Below, one piece after another: positions 32,917-40,885 of a stretch of DNA of 40,885 nt. The DNA is taken from assembly GCA_036745475.1 (NCBI GenBank), contig DAIOFZ010000003.1, forward strand, positions 1 through 40,885, read 5' to 3'. The notes under the pieces were generated by a model. The model did no database searches, was not told the origin of the DNA, and saw nothing but the letters and a program-made list of their open reading frames with translations. The stretch comes from Actinomycetota bacterium. GTDB lineage: Bacteria > Actinomycetota > UBA4738 > HRBIN12. Made by a program: the position numbers and the translations under genes. Numbering within the stretch: position 1 is the first letter of the stretch; each line of letters begins with the position of its first letter.

Positions 32917-33693
32917 TCAGCCGGGCAGGACCGGGGTGAGCTCGGCGATGTCGCACGAGCCGCGCCAGCGAGCGAGCCATTCGCTCGGGGCACCCGCGCG
33001 GCTCTTGCGCTTGTCGACGAGGAGCTTGGCCGCCTCTTCCCACTCCGGGCCCTGCAGCACGCGCGATGCCGCGTGGAACTCGTTGGCCGCCGTGTCGCGC
33101 CCCTTGCGCCGCGTCACGACGACGAGCTCCGACACGCCGGGGATGCCCGGCACGCTCTGATCCTCGGGCCCGGGTTCCCGCTTGGACAGGACGAAGATCT
33201 TGCCGTTGCGGTACACGAACCAGGACGGGACCAGCCGCCGCCGACCGTTCGCCTCGACACCGACCCAGATGACGTCCGACCGCTTGAGGCCGTCCTCGAT
33301 CGCCTTGGGAAGCTTCGCCGACGCGAGCTGGACCAGGACCGGGACCTCGATCTCGCCGACGATCTCCTCGTCGATGACGAACGACACGACGTAGGTCCCG
33401 GTCTCGTCGAACGAGGCGTCGGTGACCGTATCCGTCTCGGCCGTGAGATCCATCGAGCCGATCATGCGCCGGACCGCGGGACCCCAGCGATGCACCAGGC
33501 GCCCGGACGGCCCGTAGAAGTGGATCTCCTCGGTCACGATGCCCGTCCCCACCTTCCACGCGCGGGTGACGACGAAGGGAAGCGCCGTCCCGGGCGAGCC
33601 GAGCAGGTAGACCCCCGGGGGACCCTGTTCGCCGTAGGTGTCCCAGACCCGCTGGTCCACGACGTTGGCGGAGACGAGCTCGCCGACGGTCAT
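32917..33693 (-). CDS. Hypothetical protein (258 aa)
   Basis: The ORF has normal composition. The C-terminal half (SWFVYRNGKIFVLSKRE...ELVVVTRRKG) loosely resembles a PNPOx-like split barrel. I am not confident of any family. Confidence 0.6.
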   Translation of the reverse strand: MTVGELVSANVVDQRVWDTYGEQGPPGVYLLGSPGTALPFVVTRAWKVGTGIVTEEIHFYGPSGRLVHRWGPAVRRMIGSMDLTAETDTVTDASFDETGTYVVSFVIDEEIVGEIEVPVLVQLASAKLPKAIEDGLKRSDVIWVGVEANGRRRLVPSWFVYRNGKIFVLSKREPGPEDQSVPGIPGVSELVVVTRRKGRDTAANEFHAASRVLQGPEWEEAAKLLVDKRKSRAGAPSEWLARWRGSCDIAELTPVLPG

Positions 33694-33775
33694 CGCCGCG
33701 AGAGGATACCCGACGCCTGCCCGCTCACGCGTCGCGCGCGCGCCGTCCGCTCACGCTGTTCCGCGCGACGCCGTT

Positions 33776-34960
33776 TCAGGCGCTGCGCGCGAGCCACAGG
33801 CGCGGCTCCTCGAGCTCGGGCATCGACGGGAGCGCGTCGGCGGAGTCCCACATCCGTGCCAGGGTCGCCTCGTCGGTGAGCTCCACGACCGCGTCGCAGA
33901 AGGCACGACCCAGACGATACTGCTCGCGCTTGACCTCGATCCCGAGCAATCGCTCGAAGACGGGATCGACGTGCTCGGTCTCGCGGTACCGCCGCATCGC
34001 CTCGTCGATCCGAGCATAGGACGGCAGCATCTGCGCCCCGAGCGCGTGCATCACGTGGTCGCCGTAGCCCTCGGATGCGGTCATGAATGCCTGGACCCGG
34101 CGGAGCTTGAGCCGCTGCTCGTCGTCCATCACGGCGCCGAACAGCGAGTCCTGCCCGGCGAGCATCTCCTGCATGCCCTCCGGGTTCGAAGGATCGAGCG
34201 ACGCGAGCCGTTGCTGCAGCTCCTCGACGTCGAGCGTGAGCGTCGACGTGAAGTCGTCGATCAGCTCCCGGAACCTCGTGAGCGCCCACGACCGCGCGAA
34301 CTCGAACCGGTGCGTCACCTCGTGGATCGCGATCCAGGTTCGGAAGTCGGTCGGGTCCAGGCTCCACTCCTTCTCGAAGCGGGCGATGTTGGGGACGACG
34401 AACAGGAGCGCGCCGGCGTCATCGGGCCTCGGCACAGCGATGTCGTACTGACCCAAGACGTGCTGGGCGAGCGTCCCGAGCACGGTGCCCACCTGCGCCC
34501 CGAGGAGCAGCGGCGACAGCTGGCCGAGGACCTGCGCGACCTCGGCCTGCGCCTGCTCCGGCACCGCGTCCCGCTGCGCCGTGGCGATGGCGTCGCCGAT
34601 CTTCGCGGCGGCCGGTTCGAGCAACGCCCGCAGTCCCTCGATGTTCGCCTGCACCCACTGCCCGCGTCGAACGGCATCGACCCTCGGGATGTCCGAGGGG
34701 GCCTCGAGGCCTGTGAACCCGGCCACCTGGAGCTCGGCCACCCGGACGGCCTCGTCGAACCCGCGACGATCCTCCTCGCTCGGGGCGGGGTCCTCGGTGC
34801 CCCAGGACGCCGACGCGATCCCCACCTGCCTCGCGAGCTCCCAGTTCACGGGTCCGCTCGACGACATCAGGACCCGCTGGATCTCTCGGAACAGCGGGAC
34901 GTCGTTCCAGACGTCGCCGGGCGGGACGCCGAACGGTTGCTCCTCGGGCGTTGGGCTCAT
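33776..34960 (-). CDS. Zinc-dependent metalloprotease, DUF2342 family
   Basis: 394 aa with HExxH in WIAIHEVTHRFEF. The N-terminus ...VNWELARQVG... is typical of the actinobacterial DUF2342 family. Confidence 0.8.
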   Translation of the reverse strand: MSPTPEEQPFGVPPGDVWNDVPLFREIQRVLMSSSGPVNWELARQVGIASASWGTEDPAPSEEDRRGFDEAVRVAELQVAGFTGLEAPSDIPRVDAVRRGQWVQANIEGLRALLEPAAAKIGDAIATAQRDAVPEQAQAEVAQVLGQLSPLLLGAQVGTVLGTLAQHVLGQYDIAVPRPDDAGALLFVVPNIARFEKEWSLDPTDFRTWIAIHEVTHRFEFARSWALTRFRELIDDFTSTLTLDVEELQQRLASLDPSNPEGMQEMLAGQDSLFGAVMDDEQRLKLRRVQAFMTASEGYGDHVMHALGAQMLPSYARIDEAMRRYRETEHVDPVFERLLGIEVKREQYRLGRAFCDAVVELTDEATLARMWDSADALPSMPELEEPRLWLARSA

Positions 34961-34966
34961 GCGGCC

Positions 34967-34972
34967 ATCCTA
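34967..34972 (-). promoter_or_regulatory. -10-like TAGGAT (minus strand) 6 nt upstream of ATG 34960 (leaderless-type)
   Basis: The minus strand reads cgTAGGATggccgcATG, with no SD. Confidence 0.4.
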
Positions 34973-35037
34973 CGGCCGCGCCCGCGTTACGCCGGCGCCC
35001 CGGGTCCATGCCCGCCTCGAAGGCCCGGACCGCTCGC

Positions 35038-35043
35038 TACGAT
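35038..35043 (+). promoter_or_regulatory. -10-like TACGAT 6 nt upstream of moaE GTG 35050 (leaderless-type)
   Basis: TAnnnT match with no SD. This supports the GTG 35050 start. Confidence 0.4.
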
Positions 35044-35049
35044 GGGCGC

Positions 35050-35475
35050 GTGCGACCCGACCTCCTCGTGCGCGTCACGCCGGCCCCGATCGGCGCCGGC
35101 GAGGCGGTCGAGTTCGTGAGCGACCCGGCGGCGGGCGGAACCTGCGTCTTCCTGGGGACCGTGCGGGATCACTCGGAAGCCGGGGGGGTGACGGGCCTGA
35201 CGTACGAGGCGTGGGAGGATCAGGCCGTGCGCCGGCTCGAGGAGGTCGCCGGCGAGCTGTTCGGGCGCTGGCCGCTCCGCAGGGTCGCGTTCCTCCACCG
35301 GTTCGGCGAGCTCGGGCTGGGTGACGTCTCCGTGGTGGTCGCGTGCTCGTCGGCGCACCGGGCTGAAGCGTTCGAGGCCTGCAGGCACGGGATCGAGCAG
35401 CTGAAGCGGGACGTGCCGATCTGGAAGAAGGAGCACCTCTCCACCGGCGTCTCGAGCTGGGTGATGGGGTCGTGA
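35050..35475 (+). CDS. moaE: Molybdopterin synthase catalytic subunit MoaE
   Basis: 141 aa: ...GGTCVFLGTVRD...LTYEAWEDQA...VVVACSSAHRAEAFEACRHGIEQLKRDVPIWKKE. ATG 35008 is an alternative start. Confidence 0.8.
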   Translation: MRPDLLVRVTPAPIGAGEAVEFVSDPAAGGTCVFLGTVRDHSEAGGVTGLTYEAWEDQAVRRLEEVAGELFGRWPLRRVAFLHRFGELGLGDVSVVVACSSAHRAEAFEACRHGIEQLKRDVPIWKKEHLSTGVSSWVMGS

Positions 35476-35497
35476 CGTTCGGGACCCCTGACCGCTG

Positions 35498-36505
35498 ATG
35501 GGGCGCGACCTCGCGATCGACCTCGGGACCGCGAACACGCTCGTCTACCGCCAGGGCGAGGGGATCGTGTTCAACCAGCCGACCGTCGTCGCGATGAACG
35601 CATCGAACGGCAAGGTCGAAGCCATGGGCGACGAGGCCTGGCAGATGATCGGCGGGCGTTCGGGCAACGTCGTCGCCCTCCGCCCGCTGCGTCACGGGGT
35701 GATGACCGAGTTCGACATCACCCAACGGATGATCGAGGTGGTCCTGCGCCGGGTCGGCGTCTCCCGCTTCCCCAGACCCCGCGTGGTTTCATGCGTGGCG
35801 AGCGAGTCCTCCGAGGTCGAACGCCGGGCCGTTCGGGAGGCCGTGAAGTTCGCCGGCGGACGCGACGTCGTGCTGGTCGAGGAGCCGCTTGCCGCCGCGA
35901 TCGGTGCGCGTCTCCCGATCCACGAGCCGATCGGGAACCTGATCGTGGACATCGGAGGCGGCACGACCGAGATGGGGGTCGCCTCGATGGGCGGCGTGGT
36001 CTCCGGCAGTTCGACGCCGCTGGGCGGATTCGACCTCGATGCCGCGATCCAGGACCACCTGCGACGCGAGTACGACGTGGCGATCGGGGAGAAGTCGGCC
36101 GAGGAGATCAAGGTCGCGATCGGCTCGGCGTTCCCCGCTCCGCAGGGACGCGCCGCGATCGTGACGGGTCGTGCGCTCGCGACCGGCGCCCCTACAGAGA
36201 TCCGCGTCACCGAGGATGAGATCCGCCAGGCGATGTCCGGGCCCGTTCACCGGATCGTCGAGGCCGCGAGGATGACGATCGCCGAGGCGCCCCCCGAGCT
36301 CACCCACGACGTGCTCGAGGCCGGCATGTTCCTCACCGGCGGCGGCGGTCTCCTGCGAGGGCTGGACCTGCTCCTGTCGCAGGAGTGCGAGGTGCCGGTG
36401 CACCTCACCGAACGGCCGCTCGAGACAGTCGTCCTCGGCCTGGGCGCGATGCTCGAACACCTCGACGACTACCGGACGTCGTTCCAGCTCGTCCGGAAGC
36501 GCTGA
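35498..36505 (+). CDS. mreB: Rod-shape-determining actin homologue MreB
   Basis: 335 aa that align throughout with MreB: DLAIDLGTANTLVY, RPLRHGVMTEFD, EVERRAVREA, LVEEPLAAAIGA, VDIGGGTTEM and LTGGGGLLRGLD. Confidence 0.9.
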   Translation: MGRDLAIDLGTANTLVYRQGEGIVFNQPTVVAMNASNGKVEAMGDEAWQMIGGRSGNVVALRPLRHGVMTEFDITQRMIEVVLRRVGVSRFPRPRVVSCVASESSEVERRAVREAVKFAGGRDVVLVEEPLAAAIGARLPIHEPIGNLIVDIGGGTTEMGVASMGGVVSGSSTPLGGFDLDAAIQDHLRREYDVAIGEKSAEEIKVAIGSAFPAPQGRAAIVTGRALATGAPTEIRVTEDEIRQAMSGPVHRIVEAARMTIAEAPPELTHDVLEAGMFLTGGGGLLRGLDLLLSQECEVPVHLTERPLETVVLGLGAMLEHLDDYRTSFQLVRKR

Positions 36506-36529
36506 CCGGCGACCGATCCGGACCGGTTG

Positions 36530-36853
36530 CTAGTCCAGGAAGGCCTCGATCGTCTTGTTGATCAGGTGGCCGAGCTCGTAGAGCGCGAACGCGAGCGCCG
36601 CGGCGCCGACCCCGAGCAACACGATGACACCGACCACTCCCTGCAGCCGTTCGCGGAGCCCCGGGCCCTGCGTCGAGACCTGGAGGTAGGTGTACCCGGG
36701 TGCCGGGGCCCACGATTCGATCGCCTCGAGGGTCTCCTCCGGTTCCGTCTCCCCGAACCCGGTCGCCGGCGGCGTCCCGTGACCTCGCCCCGTCCCCAGG
36801 TACACGGCGCACCCGACGAGCACCGACACCACGGCCACGATCATGAGCGGCAT
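36530..36853 (-). CDS. Small two-TM membrane protein
   Basis: MPLMIVAVVSVLVGCAVYLG...GVVGVIVLLGVGAAALAFALYELG. The start was chosen at ATG 36853. The track ORF extends to 36979 and would overlap the divergent gene. Confidence 0.5.
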   Translation of the reverse strand: MPLMIVAVVSVLVGCAVYLGTGRGHGTPPATGFGETEPEETLEAIESWAPAPGYTYLQVSTQGPGLRERLQGVVGVIVLLGVGAAALAFALYELGHLINKTIEAFLD

Positions 36854-36901
36854 CTGACGAGGAGCGTACCTCCGCTGCTCCTCGTCCGCTCGATCGCCCC
36901 G

Positions 36902-36907
36902 TACCAT
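36902..36907 (+). promoter_or_regulatory. -10-like TACCAT 7 nt upstream of ATG 36915 (leaderless-type)
   Basis: TAnnnT match with no SD. Confidence 0.4.
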
Positions 36908-36914
36908 CGCTCCC

Positions 36915-37889
36915 ATGCTGCGGCGGAAGGGTGTCGTCCTGTACGTGACGATCGGGGTGATCGCGGCGCTCGCCGTCACCGTCTATCTCCCGTGGTACGC
37001 GGTCGGCCCGGGCCCGGCCCGCGCGGTCCAGCCGCTGATCCGGTTCGAGGACAGGACCCGGTACGAATCGCAGGGCAGCTTCGTGATGACCTCCGTGCGT
37101 TACACGCGGCTGACCGGTTTCGACATGCTCCTGGCCTGGCTCGATCCCGACCGCGCCGTGGTCGCTCGTTCGGTGTTGTATCCGGACGGGGAGAACGCCC
37201 AGGTCCAACACGAGCGTTCGATCTCGCAGATGGACTCGAGCAAGCTCGACGCGTCGGCGGTGGTCCTTCGAACGCTCGAGGGCTACCCGAAGGACCACGG
37301 CGAGGGCGTGCTGGTCGAAAGCGTCGTCTCGGGCTGCGCGGCGGACGGCGAGCTCTTCCCGGGCGACCGGATCCTGTCGATCGACGGGGAGCCGGTCGAC
37401 GGCTATCGCGACGCGAGCCGCGCGATCGAGGCCGCACCGTCGGGGTCCACGCTCACGTTCGACCTGTCGGTCGACGGCGATCCCGAGACCGTGGACCTGG
37501 TGCGCGAGCCGTGCGGCGACAGCGAGGACCCCTTGGTCGGGGTCCGGATGATCAACAGCTTCCCGTTCGACGTGAGCATCTCGAGCGGCGAGATCGGCGG
37601 CCCCTCGGCCGGGCTGATGTGGGCGCTCGGTCTGTACGATCTGCTCACCACCGGAGACCTGACGGACGGCCGAACGATCGCAGGGACCGGTCAGATGGCG
37701 CTCGACGGCACCGTGATCCCGATCGCCGGCATCGAGGGGAAGCTTTCGGCTGCGGCCGACGCCGGTGCCTCGGTCTTCCTGGTCCCACAGGGCAACATGA
37801 AGGCGGCGAGGGCCTCGGGCGGTCACGGGCTGGAGCTCGTTCCCGTCGCCACCTTCGACGACGCGCTCGCGTACCTCCAGGGGCGTTAG
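36915..37889 (+). CDS. Membrane-anchored PDZ-domain Lon-like (S16) serine peptidase (YlbL/SdrC-like)
   Basis: N-terminal TM segment, PDZ domain (GDRILSIDGEPV), Lon catalytic Ser in GGPSAGLMWALGLYD and Lys in IAGIEGKL. Confidence 0.8.
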   Translation: MLRRKGVVLYVTIGVIAALAVTVYLPWYAVGPGPARAVQPLIRFEDRTRYESQGSFVMTSVRYTRLTGFDMLLAWLDPDRAVVARSVLYPDGENAQVQHERSISQMDSSKLDASAVVLRTLEGYPKDHGEGVLVESVVSGCAADGELFPGDRILSIDGEPVDGYRDASRAIEAAPSGSTLTFDLSVDGDPETVDLVREPCGDSEDPLVGVRMINSFPFDVSISSGEIGGPSAGLMWALGLYDLLTTGDLTDGRTIAGTGQMALDGTVIPIAGIEGKLSAAADAGASVFLVPQGNMKAARASGGHGLELVPVATFDDALAYLQGR

Positions 37890-37969
37890 CTGGCACCGTT
37901 CTCAGCGGGGACCGATGATAGGCTTGCGCCGCTCCTCCATCGACCGCGAAAGACGGGCACCAGGGACCT

Positions 37970-40885
37970 ATGGTCGTACGCGTTCCGACCGCAACACCCG
38001 CGCCGGGACGGCGTCGGCTCATCATCGTCGTCGTCGCGGTGGTGGCCGCCTTCCTCGTCCTGTTCACCGCGCTCTCGGGGTTCTTCGTCGACGTCCTGTG
38101 GTTCCGAGAGGTCCGCCTCTCCGACGTGTTCTGGACGGTCCTTCGGACCAGGGTCTTCCTTGGGCTCGCGTTCGGGCTGACGTTCTTCGTGCTGCTGTTT
38201 TCGAACCTGTGGATCGTGCGCCGCATCACGCCGCGCTTCCACGCGCTCACCCCCGAGCAGGAGATCATCGAGCGCTACCGGATGCAGTTCGAGCCATACA
38301 TCCGCTGGCTCCTGCCGTTGTTCGCGCTCGTGATCGCGTTCTTCGTGGGGCTTGGGGTCACGAGCCAGTGGCAGACATACCTGCTGTGGCGCAACGGCTC
38401 CGGGTTGATGTTCGGGAACGCCGAGCCGCTGTTCGATCGCGACCCCGCCTTCTACGTCTTCAGCCTGCCGTGGCTCAAGTTCATGCAGGGCTGGTTGTTC
38501 TCGGCGCTGGTCGGCGTGACGTTCCTGACCGCGCTCGCACACTACCTGTGGGGAGGGATCCGGCCGCAGGCGCCGGGGTTCGTCGACAAGGTCACGCCGC
38601 AGGTCAAGGCGCACATGTCGGTGCTTCTCGGCCTGATCATGCTCACGAAGGCGTGGGGGTACTACCTGGGTCAGTTCGACCTGCTGACCTCGACCCGAGG
38701 GGTCGTGGTCGGCGCGTCTTACACCGATGTGAACGCGCAGCTGCCCGCGCTCCGGATCCTCGTGGTGATCGCGATCGCCTGCGCGATCCTGTTCCTGGTC
38801 AACATCCGGCTCCGCGGATGGGCGTTGCCCGTCATCGCCGTCGGCCTGTTGGCGCTCGTGTCGATCATCGCGGGGGCGGCGTACCCGGCGTTCGTGCAAC
38901 GCTTCCGGGTCGCGCCGCAGGAGTTCCAGCGGGAACAGCCGTACATCGTGGACAACATCGAGGCGACGAGACGGGCGTTCGAGCTCGACGGGATCCAGAG
39001 CAGCTCGCGCCCGATCGGGGAGTCGGTCTCGACCGAACAGGTGCGCTCGAACGAGGCCACGATCTCGAACATCCGCCTGTGGCGCCCCGACGTCCTGCGC
39101 GACAACTACATCTCGCTGCAGCGCTTCCGCTCGTACTACGAGTTCAACGACGTGGACGTCGACCGGTACATCGTCGACGGGCAGCGACGCGTCCTGATGG
39201 TCTCGACGCGCGAGGTGAGCCAGGCGGGTATCCCGGAGGGGGGCAAGACCTGGCAGAACGTCCACCTCCAGTACACCCATGGGTTCGGGGCGGTGGCGTC
39301 GCAGGTGAACACCGCGACCACCGAGGGGCAACCCGTGTTCACGCTGCGCGACATCCCGCCGGTCGGCGCTCCTGCGCTCGTGGGCAACGGACAGCGCGTC
39401 TACTACGGCGAGGGTGCGCCCGGCGACGCCGCGTTCGTCGTGGTCGACACCGGCACCCAGGAGCTCGACTTCCAGGGCACGGCGACCGACGATCAGGCGC
39501 AGGAGACCTTCACGTACGACGGTGACGGCGGCATCCCGGTCGGTGGTCTGTTCCAGCGCGCCTTGTTCGCGTGGCGCTACCGCGACGTCAACCTGCTGAT
39601 CTCGGACCTGATCACCGGTGACAGCCGGATCATGATCTACCAAGACATCACCGCGCGGGTCCCGAAGGCCGCCCCGTTCCTGCGGTTCGATGCCGATCCC
39701 TACTCCGCCGTCGTGGACGGGCGGCTCGTCTGGATCTGGGACGCGTATACGACGACGAACCAGTACCCGTACTCCGACTTCGTCGACCTGGCGGAGGTCG
39801 CGTCGCCCTCGGCGCAGGAGCAAGCTCCGTCGCTCGGCGGCGACGTGAACTACCTCCGTAATTCCGTGAAGGTCGTCGTCGACGCGTACGAAGGCTCGAT
39901 GCGCTACTACGTCGCCGAGCCGTCGGACCCGATCATCCAGGCGTGGAGCCTGGCATTCCCGACGATGTTCACCCCGCTCGACGAGGCGTCGCCTGAACTG
40001 CTCGAGCACTTCAGGTACCCGGAGAACCTGTTCCAGATCCAGGCGTTCGAGTACACGAACTACCACGTCACGGATCCGAACGTGTTCTACGGCAAGCAGG
40101 ACTTCTGGGCCCTGCCGATCGACCCGACCCTGTCCACGGAGGGCAACAGTGTCCTGATGCGCCCGTACTACGTCCTGATGCGCCTCCCTGGGGAGGACGA
40201 CGAGACCTTCGTGCTCATCCTGCCGTTCACACCGCTTGATCGGCAGAACATGGTGGCGTGGCTCGCGGCCAAGTCTGACCCCGGAGCGGACTACGGGGAC
40301 ATCGTGAGCTTCGAGTTCCCGTCGGGGGTGAACGTCGACGGGCCGACGCAGGTCTTCTCGCGGATCAACCAGGATGCTCGGTTCTCCGCGGAGCGAACCC
40401 TGCTGGGTCAGGGAGGCTCGAGCATCGTGTTCGGCGACTTCCTCGTGATCCCGCTCCAGGATTCGCTGTTCTACGTCCAGCCCGTGTACGTGCAATCCAA
40501 CCAGGAGAACGCGATCCCCGAGCTCAAGCGTGTGGTGGTGGCCAACGGCTCGGCGATCGGGATCGGTTCTTCCCTGCGTGCGGCGTTGACCGACTCGCTC
40601 GGCGAGGTCGTGCCGCCCGAGGGCGGAGGCCGGCCGCCGCAGGGCTCGGTCGAGGAGCAGATCCAGGCCCTGCTCGACCAGGCGACTCAGCACTTCACGG
40701 CGGCGGACGCGGCCCTGCGCGCGGGTGACCTCGCGACGTATCAGCGCGAGATCGTGGCCGCCCAGGCGGTGACCGAGCAGGCTCAGCAGCTGATCGCCGA
40801 CCTGCTGGGCGCGCAGGCATCGGGTTCGCCGTCGCCCTCGCCGTCGGTCTCGCCCTCGCCCTCGCCGTCGGTCTCGGCGTCGCCC
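37970..40885 (+). CDS. UPF0182 family large membrane protein, C-terminus cut by window edge
   Basis: Absent from the ORF track (no stop within the window). ATG 37970 opens MVVRVPTATPAPGRRRLIIVVVAVVAAFLVLFTALSGFFVDVLWFREVRLSDVFWTVLRTRVFLGL.... The frame stays open to 40885 (972 codons). The antisense track ORF 37886..40693 is its shadow. TGATAGGCT (an extended -10) lies at 37914-37922. Confidence 0.8.
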   Translation, partial: MVVRVPTATPAPGRRRLIIVVVAVVAAFLVLFTALSGFFVDVLWFREVRLSDVFWTVLRTRVFLGLAFGLTFFVLLFSNLWIVRRITPRFHALTPEQEIIERYRMQFEPYIRWLLPLFALVIAFFVGLGVTSQWQTYLLWRNGSGLMFGNAEPLFDRDPAFYVFSLPWLKFMQGWLFSALVGVTFLTALAHYLWGGIRPQAPGFVDKVTPQVKAHMSVLLGLIMLTKAWGYYLGQFDLLTSTRGVVVGASYTDVNAQLPALRILVVIAIACAILFLVNIRLRGWALPVIAVGLLALVSIIAGAAYPAFVQRFRVAPQEFQREQPYIVDNIEATRRAFELDGIQSSSRPIGESVSTEQVRSNEATISNIRLWRPDVLRDNYISLQRFRSYYEFNDVDVDRYIVDGQRRVLMVSTREVSQAGIPEGGKTWQNVHLQYTHGFGAVASQVNTATTEGQPVFTLRDIPPVGAPALVGNGQRVYYGEGAPGDAAFVVVDTGTQELDFQGTATDDQAQETFTYDGDGGIPVGGLFQRALFAWRYRDVNLLISDLITGDSRIMIYQDITARVPKAAPFLRFDADPYSAVVDGRLVWIWDAYTTTNQYPYSDFVDLAEVASPSAQEQAPSLGGDVNYLRNSVKVVVDAYEGSMRYYVAEPSDPIIQAWSLAFPTMFTPLDEASPELLEHFRYPENLFQIQAFEYTNYHVTDPNVFYGKQDFWALPIDPTLSTEGNSVLMRPYYVLMRLPGEDDETFVLILPFTPLDRQNMVAWLAAKSDPGADYGDIVSFEFPSGVNVDGPTQVFSRINQDARFSAERTLLGQGGSSIVFGDFLVIPLQDSLFYVQPVYVQSNQENAIPELKRVVVANGSAIGIGSSLRAALTDSLGEVVPPEGGGRPPQGSVEEQIQALLDQATQHFTAADAALRAGDLATYQREIVAAQAVTEQAQQLIADLLGAQASGSPSPSPSVSPSPSPSVSASP
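40826..40885 (+). repeat. Coding Ser/Pro repeat (SPSPSPSVSPSPSPSVSASP) built on an 18-nt unit TCGCCCTCGCCGTCGGTC
   Basis: Read directly from the sequence at the 3' end of the UPF0182 ORF. Confidence 0.6.

Noticed and set aside
37886-40693. 935-aa minus-strand ORF, the only long ORF the track lists for this region.
   Set aside because: Its Arg/Asp/His/Pro-rich sequence has no membrane segments. The plus-strand frame from ATG 37970 is open to the window end and encodes a typical UPF0182 membrane protein, which the track missed because it has no stop.

Overview
This is a 40.9-kb, very GC-rich (about 70% by eye), gene-dense chromosomal segment that looks like Actinomycetota. Supporting traits are a Pol-PE-Lig LigD next to Ku, glnK-glnD, a PIG-L deacetylase, many leaderless starts, and a PDZ-Lon plus UPF0182 gene pair. 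I call 42 protein-coding regions: 40 intact genes (two cut by the window edges), one candidate 16-codon leader ORF and one frameshifted gene. I found no rRNA, tRNA, CRISPR array, transposase or integrase. The many long Arg/Pro/Gly-rich ORFs in the track are antisense shadows of real genes.

Gene modules in order:
- SDR epimerase and pgsA
- FMN alpha-hydroxy-acid oxidase, PHP phosphoesterase and NDH-2
- CBS protein
- pmbA-tldD
- cupin and amidohydrolase
- RmuC-like protein, a small unknown, a KNTase-like nucleotidyltransferase, a P450 and a membrane protein
- PIG-L deacetylase and a zinc-ribbon protein
- NHEJ locus (ligD, frameshifted lipoprotein, ku)
- glnK-glnD
- DUF72
- alpha/beta hydrolase, Zn-ribbon protein, HTH protein and histidine phosphatase
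- SCP2 protein
- BMP-family ABC transporter (4 genes) convergent with upp
- class I-beta DAHP synthase
- an unknown protein
- DUF2342 metalloprotease
- moaE and mreB
- small membrane protein
- PDZ-Lon peptidase
- UPF0182 protein

This is mostly ordinary core genome, and I did not find a convincing novel multi-gene system. The signals most worth follow-up are regulatory:
1. A 16-codon leader ORF containing consecutive Trp-Phe-Tyr codons, a helix involving leader codons and a terminator-like hairpin, all upstream of DAHP synthase. This is a candidate aromatic-amino-acid attenuator.
2. RecA-independent DNA-damage-type promoter motifs (TGTCR-N11-TAnnnT) in front of the RmuC-like gene and, more weakly, ku.
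3. A small lipoprotein gene between ku and ligD that is split by a frameshift in a G-run.
4. glnK-glnD without amtB, preceded by tandem 14-15-nt repeats.
5. At least 9 genes with TAnnnT placed 6-8 nt before the start codon, suggesting leaderless mRNAs.

All functional calls come from motif and family recognition by eye. No database search was run.
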